Shown here: positions 59,157 to 64,000 of the stretch, piece by piece
Layout: each line of letters starts with the position of its first letter
Numbering within the stretch: position 1 is the first letter of the stretch
NCBI GenBank assembly: GCA_002402465.1
Contig: DHFW01000004.1
Span: 19,772 to 83,771, forward strand
Source: Bacteroidales bacterium UBA4814
GTDB taxonomy: Bacteria; Bacteroidota; Bacteroidia; Bacteroidales; UBA7960
Direction: 5' to 3'
Length of the DNA: 64,000 nucleotides
Made by a program: the position numbers and the translations under genes
Notes under the pieces: model-generated
Database searches by the model: none
What the model was told of the DNA's origin: nothing
What the model saw: only the letters and a program-made list of their open reading frames with translations

Positions 59157-59265
59157 GGAGCAACTCTGCCATTGCCACCATATAATTTTGCTGTACATAT
59201 TGGTGCATACTGAAAAATCGCTATTTTTAACACCATCATAATTCATCACTCTCAAAATCAGTTCA

Positions 59266-60888
59266 ATGCAAAAGCCTTTCCTTAAAAAGTTCGCCCTGTT
59301 GGCGATTTTATTCCTTTTAAGCCCAAAATTCTTCTTTGGTATCTTCGATCCTGAGATTGACCCCGATGGCCCCGGTTACCCCGAAAGCTGCACCAGCATT
59401 ATGGTTGGACGCCTTGCCAGTGTCGATGGCAGCGTAATCACTTCACACAGCTGCGACGGCAACTACCGCACCTGGCTCGAAATAGTGCCCCGTCAGAAGC
59501 ACGAAGAAGGCAGCCTGCTGCCCATATTGTGGGGCACCCTGCATACCGAAACACCCTGGGACCGGAACAAAGTGACCCAGAAAGGCGAGATTCCGCAAGT
59601 GGCCGAGACCTTTGCCTACCTCAACGTGGCCTACCCTGCCATGAACGAAAAGCAACTGGCCATCGGCGAAACCACGATCACCGGCAGGCGCGAGTTATTA
59701 AATGAAGAAGGTTTATTCCTGATTGAAGAACTGCAGAAAATCGCCCTGCAACGCTGCAGCACTGCCCGCGACGCCATCCGCCTGATGGGCGCCCTGGCCG
59801 AAGAATATGGCTACGGCGACTGGGCCGAATGCCTGACGGTAGCCGACAAAAAAGAAGTATGGCACTTCGAGTTCAGCGGCAGTGGCCCCGGCAAGCCCTC
59901 TGCCATGTGGGTGGCACAGCGCATCCCCGATGACCACGTGGGCGTGTCGGCAAATATTGCACGCATTTCCGACGTGGACTTCAACAATCCCAACTACTTC
60001 CTTTACAGCAAAGACCTGAAGGAAGTGGCAAAAAGAACCGGCTTCTGGGATGGAGAGGAACCCTTTAAGTTTTATAAGGTGGTAAGCGGCCGCAAGCCAT
60101 TTGCCATTCGCGACTTTTACTTGCTGAGCACCATGGCCCCTTCGCTCAACCTTTCGTACAATGCCGAAGAACTGCCTTTCTCGGTAAAACCCGACAAGAA
60201 AGTTTCGGTTGAAGATGTGATGCGTTACTACCGCGAAACCTACGAAGGTACGCCCTGGGATATGACACAGAACCTGCTGGTAACGGTTAAGAAAAAGGAC
60301 GATGAAGGCAATGAATACGAGGAGCAGGTAAAAAGCCCCATCGCCAATCCCTGGATGAGCAACGACCTTCGCAACCTCATCAATGAGTTGAAGCCCGGAG
60401 CCATTGAGCGCCAGCGCACCATTGCCATTGCCGGCTGCTCTTACTCACAGATCATTCAGTGCCGCGACTGGCTGCCCAACGAGATCGGCGCCATCGCCTG
60501 GTTTTCGTTCGACAACCCCGGCCAAAGCCCGCGCATTCCAATTTACTCGGGAACCCTTCACCTGCCCGAAAGTTTTAAGATTTGCGGGCAGCACCGCTAC
60601 CGCCAGGATGCGGCCATATGGTCGTTCCGCGAAGCCAACCGCCTGGCCACCGTAAACCACGAGCGCGGCCGTGCCATCATTAAACCCGCCGTGCAGCATT
60701 TCCAGCTAAAGGCCCTTTCCGAACTTCCCCTGGTGGAAAGAAGGGCTGCTGAGCTGATCAAAGCAGGTCAGAATCAGGAAGCCCGCGAATACATCACCGC
60801 CTATACCAACGACTTTGCCGCAGCCACCATGAAGCGCTGGGAAGAAAACCGCAACCAATTGTGGCAAATGTTCGGCAGAGGTTTTTAA
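59266..60888 (+). CDS. C69 family dipeptidase (Ntn cysteine peptidase)
   Basis: ES-CTSIMVGR.AS.DGS (N-terminal nucleophile Cys), MNEKQLAIGETT, TARDAIRLMG.L.EEYGY and WVAQRIPDD motifs. Confidence 0.88.
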   Translation: MQKPFLKKFALLAILFLLSPKFFFGIFDPEIDPDGPGYPESCTSIMVGRLASVDGSVITSHSCDGNYRTWLEIVPRQKHEEGSLLPILWGTLHTETPWDRNKVTQKGEIPQVAETFAYLNVAYPAMNEKQLAIGETTITGRRELLNEEGLFLIEELQKIALQRCSTARDAIRLMGALAEEYGYGDWAECLTVADKKEVWHFEFSGSGPGKPSAMWVAQRIPDDHVGVSANIARISDVDFNNPNYFLYSKDLKEVAKRTGFWDGEEPFKFYKVVSGRKPFAIRDFYLLSTMAPSLNLSYNAEELPFSVKPDKKVSVEDVMRYYRETYEGTPWDMTQNLLVTVKKKDDEGNEYEEQVKSPIANPWMSNDLRNLINELKPGAIERQRTIAIAGCSYSQIIQCRDWLPNEIGAIAWFSFDNPGQSPRIPIYSGTLHLPESFKICGQHRYRQDAAIWSFREANRLATVNHERGRAIIKPAVQHFQLKALSELPLVERRAAELIKAGQNQEAREYITAYTNDFAAATMKRWEENRNQLWQMFGRGF

Positions 60889-60926
60889 TAGTTCCGTTAA
60901 TTTAATCATTCATTAAAAAGCAAACC

Positions 60927-63900
60927 ATGAACAAGTTTTTCTTTTTTCTAAGCCTGTGGTTTGTTTCCACAGCGAGCCTTGCACTCGACAATCCTTTATG
61001 GATGCGCTATCCGGCACTTTCGCCCGATGGCACCGAGATTGTTTTCAGCTACAAGGGCGACCTTTTTAAGGTGCCGGCACAGGGCGGCATTGCCACGCCC
61101 CTGACCATGCACGAGGCACACAACACCATGCCGGTATGGAGCCCCGATGGGAAAAGCATTGCCTTTGCCAGCGACCGCTTCGGCAACTTCGATGTGTTTA
61201 TTATGCCGGCCAGCGGCGGACCCGCCAGCCGACTCACCCACCATTCGGGCAACGATATCCCGTGGGACTTCAGCCCCGATGGGAAAAATGTGATCTTCAG
61301 CTCGCCGCGCAACGACCTGCAATCTTCGGTGCGTTTTCCCAACCGCGGGCTGTTTGGAAAGCTTTACTCCGTGCCGGCCACAGGCGGCCGCAGCGTGCTG
61401 ATCTCAACAGCAGGTTTCCAGAACGCCAGCTTCAACAGTGATGGCAGCCTAATCATTTTCCAGGATCGCAAAGGCTACGAGGATGAGTGGCGCAAGCACC
61501 ACACCTCCTCCGTTACCCGCGACATATGGATTTACGACATCGCCAGTGAGCGCTACACCAAGGTGAGCGACTACGAAGGCGAAGACCGCGAACCCCTGTT
61601 TGCCGCCGATGACAAAGCCTTTTTCTACCTGAGCGAGAAAAACGGCGTACAAAATATTTTCAAGAAGTCGCTGGGAGCCGACCCCACAGAGACCCAGATC
61701 AGCTTCTTCGAAAACCATCCCGTAAGGCATCTCACCCGCAGCAACAACAACACCTTGAGCTACACCTGGAACGGCGAGATCTACACCCAGCATGAAGGTC
61801 ATCGTCCGCAAAAGGTGGATGTGACCATCCTGGCCGACTTCAGTGGCAGGGAAGACCGCATTCTCTCCGTGAGCCAGGGCGCCACCGAAATGGCTCTCTC
61901 GCCCAATGGCAAGGAGATCGCCTTCGTGTTCAGAGGCGAAGTGTTTGTAACAGGTGTTGACGACAGCCGCACCAAGCGCATCACCAGCACCCCCGCGCAG
62001 GAGCGCATGCTCAGCTGGGCACCCGACGGCCGCACCCTATACTATTCTACCGAAAGGGGCGAAAGCTGGGACATTTACAAGGCCACCATCGTACGCGACG
62101 AAGAGCCCTATTTCTTCGCTTCTACCCTGATAAAAGAAGAGCCAGTGATAGCCACCGATGCCGAAGAGTTTCAGCCGGTGGTTTCGCCCGACGGCAAATT
62201 TATCGCCTACCTCGAAGAAAGGAATATTTTAAAGGTTTTTGACCTGGAAAAAAAGAAGTCAAAAACCATTATACCCGCCGGCGAGAACTTCTCGTACCGC
62301 GATGGCGACCAGGATTTCTTGTGGAGCCCCGACAGCAAGTGGATCGTGGCACGCGACGCACAGGGTTTTTACGGCGCCAGCCACCTGGTGCTTTACAATG
62401 TAGAGAATCCCGGCAAGGGAAACAACCTCACCCACAGCGGCTTTTCCGATGGGGGCGCCATGTTTGCCATGGATGGGAAAATGCTTACCTGGGTGAACGA
62501 CAAGGAGGGCAAAAAGCCCCTGGCACTGCAGGGCGCGCGCGAAGTCGATGTCTTTGCCATGTTCTTCGACCAGGCTTCTTTCGACCGCTTCATGCTGAGC
62601 AAGGAGGAATTTGCCCTGGTGAAGGAGCGCGAAGACAAGGAAAAAGAAAAGAATAAGGACAATGACAAGGACAAAGATAAGAAGGAAGAAGTCAGCCCAT
62701 GGGTACCCGTGCTTCAGGGCATCGAAAACCGCAGGGTAAGACTTACGCCCGGCTCGGTTAACCTTTCTTCCTATCGCATCAACCCTTCCGGGGAAAAGCT
62801 TTTCTTTATGGCCCAATTCGAGAAGGATAACGACCTGTGGGTGGTTGACCTGCGTACCAAAGAATTGAAAAACCTGGCCAAGCTGGGCTCCAGGGGCGGC
62901 AACATGGAAATGAGCAAAGACGGAAAAACCCTTTTCGTGCTGGCCAACGGCCGCATACAAAAAGTGGAAGCCGAGAGCGGCAAAGCCACTCCCGTGGGCA
63001 TAAACGCCGAAATGGTGCTGGCGGCTGCTGCTGAACGCGAATATATCTTCCACCACGCCTGGAGACAGGTGCAGAAGAAATTCTACGACCCGGAGCTTCA
63101 CGGCATCGACTGGGACTTCTTCCGCAGCGAGTACGCCCGCTTCCTGCCCCATATCAACAACAACTACGACTTCCAGGAGCTGCTAAGCGAATTGCTCGGC
63201 GAGCTAAACGGTTCGCATACCGGCGGCCGTTATTCCCATCGTCCCGATAATGGCGACAATACCGCTTCCCTCGGACTGTTTTATGACGAAAAACGCCCCG
63301 GCACCGGACTGCTGGTCACCGAGGTCATCACCGGTGGTCCGCTCGACAGGGCCGAAAGCAAAGTGAAGGCCGGCCATATCATTGAAAAGATTGATGGCGT
63401 GGAGCTGACAGAAAACATGGACTGGAACATGCTGCTCAACCGCAAGAACGACCAGAACGTGCTGCTGAGCCTTTACGACCCGGCCACGCGCCAGCGCTGG
63501 GACGAGGTGGTGAAGCCCATCACCCAGGGTGCAGAAAATGGACTGTTGTATCGCCGCTGGGTGAACACCATGCGCGATATGACCGAACAACTCAGCGGCG
63601 GCCGCATAGGCTATGTGCACGTGCAGGGCATGAACGACGGCAGCTTCCGCACCGTATTTGAAGAAGTGCTGGGCCGCAATGCCGATAAGGACGCCCTGAT
63701 TGTCGACACCCGCTTCAACGGCGGCGGCTGGCTGCACGAAGACCTCTCCGCCTTCCTCGACGGCAAGCCCTACGCCACCTTCAGGCCCTATGGCTTTGTG
63801 GCACGCGGCGGCGAGCCCCGCGACAAATGGGCCAAGCCCAGCGTGGTGCTCATGAGCGAAAGCAACTACAGCGACGCCCACGCCTTCCCCTACGCCTACC

Positions 63901-64000
63901 GCGCAAAAGGCATCGGCAAACTCATCGGCATGCCCGTGCCTGGCACCAGCACCGCCGTATGGTGGGAAACACAGATCGACCCCACCATGGTGTTTGGCAT
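60927..64000 (+). CDS. Tricorn-like S41 peptidase with PD40 beta-propeller repeats and PDZ, 3'-truncated at window edge
   Basis: Own translation from ATG 60927: MNKFFFF...WMRYPALSPDG, WSPDGK, RKHHTSS, ELLGELNGSHTG, GYVHVQGM, DTRFNGGG, ESNYSDAHAF. The start and the end segment are in the same frame; the gene is absent from the ORF track because it has no stop in the window. Confidence 0.9.
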   Translation, partial: MNKFFFFLSLWFVSTASLALDNPLWMRYPALSPDGTEIVFSYKGDLFKVPAQGGIATPLTMHEAHNTMPVWSPDGKSIAFASDRFGNFDVFIMPASGGPASRLTHHSGNDIPWDFSPDGKNVIFSSPRNDLQSSVRFPNRGLFGKLYSVPATGGRSVLISTAGFQNASFNSDGSLIIFQDRKGYEDEWRKHHTSSVTRDIWIYDIASERYTKVSDYEGEDREPLFAADDKAFFYLSEKNGVQNIFKKSLGADPTETQISFFENHPVRHLTRSNNNTLSYTWNGEIYTQHEGHRPQKVDVTILADFSGREDRILSVSQGATEMALSPNGKEIAFVFRGEVFVTGVDDSRTKRITSTPAQERMLSWAPDGRTLYYSTERGESWDIYKATIVRDEEPYFFASTLIKEEPVIATDAEEFQPVVSPDGKFIAYLEERNILKVFDLEKKKSKTIIPAGENFSYRDGDQDFLWSPDSKWIVARDAQGFYGASHLVLYNVENPGKGNNLTHSGFSDGGAMFAMDGKMLTWVNDKEGKKPLALQGAREVDVFAMFFDQASFDRFMLSKEEFALVKEREDKEKEKNKDNDKDKDKKEEVSPWVPVLQGIENRRVRLTPGSVNLSSYRINPSGEKLFFMAQFEKDNDLWVVDLRTKELKNLAKLGSRGGNMEMSKDGKTLFVLANGRIQKVEAESGKATPVGINAEMVLAAAAEREYIFHHAWRQVQKKFYDPELHGIDWDFFRSEYARFLPHINNNYDFQELLSELLGELNGSHTGGRYSHRPDNGDNTASLGLFYDEKRPGTGLLVTEVITGGPLDRAESKVKAGHIIEKIDGVELTENMDWNMLLNRKNDQNVLLSLYDPATRQRWDEVVKPITQGAENGLLYRRWVNTMRDMTEQLSGGRIGYVHVQGMNDGSFRTVFEEVLGRNADKDALIVDTRFNGGGWLHEDLSAFLDGKPYATFRPYGFVARGGEPRDKWAKPSVVLMSESNYSDAHAFPYAYRAKGIGKLIGMPVPGTSTAVWWETQIDPTMVFG

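Noticed and set aside
62259-63881. 297-aa and 225-aa minus-strand ORFs that look like the main genes in the ORF track
   Set aside because: The real gene is the plus-strand S41 peptidase starting at 60927; these are its shadows.

Overview
A 64-kb chromosomal segment of a Bacteroidota bacterium, most likely an anaerobic Bacteroidales. The assignment rests on T9SS genes porU/porV/porP/gldJ, many TAnnTTTG promoters and signal peptides cleaved before Gln. Most genes are housekeeping: lptB, ispF, murF, cinA, fbp, mfd, glmM, a TamL/BamA-family gene, folC, exbB/exbD/tonB, gap, lpxH, mreBCD and purH. Three peptidases are present (M1, C69 and a tricorn-like S41 that runs off the right end and is missing from the ORF track). 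No rRNA, tRNA, CRISPR array or mobile element was recognised. The best candidate for an undescribed system is a four-gene operon at 37062-42637. Three tandem paralogous secreted beta-helix proteins share a conserved ~30-aa C-terminal tail that looks like the first two strands of an Ig-like domain. They are followed by a T9SS-secreted protein with five N-terminal repeats that look like Ig-like domains lacking those strands. This suggests a split-Ig, strand-complementation scaffold-and-passenger system, which is an inference needing a structural test. Other accessory items: a Na+/solute symporter + class III CoA-transferase + atypical 2-oxoacid:ferredoxin oxidoreductase operon, an orphan 722-aa lipoprotein with two CxxCH motifs preceded by a palindromic operator, a decaying DUF4397-type gene and a Cys-rich soluble histidine kinase. 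Start codons were adjusted from the ORF track where a promoter or signal peptide favoured a downstream start. All family calls are from motif recognition, not database searches.
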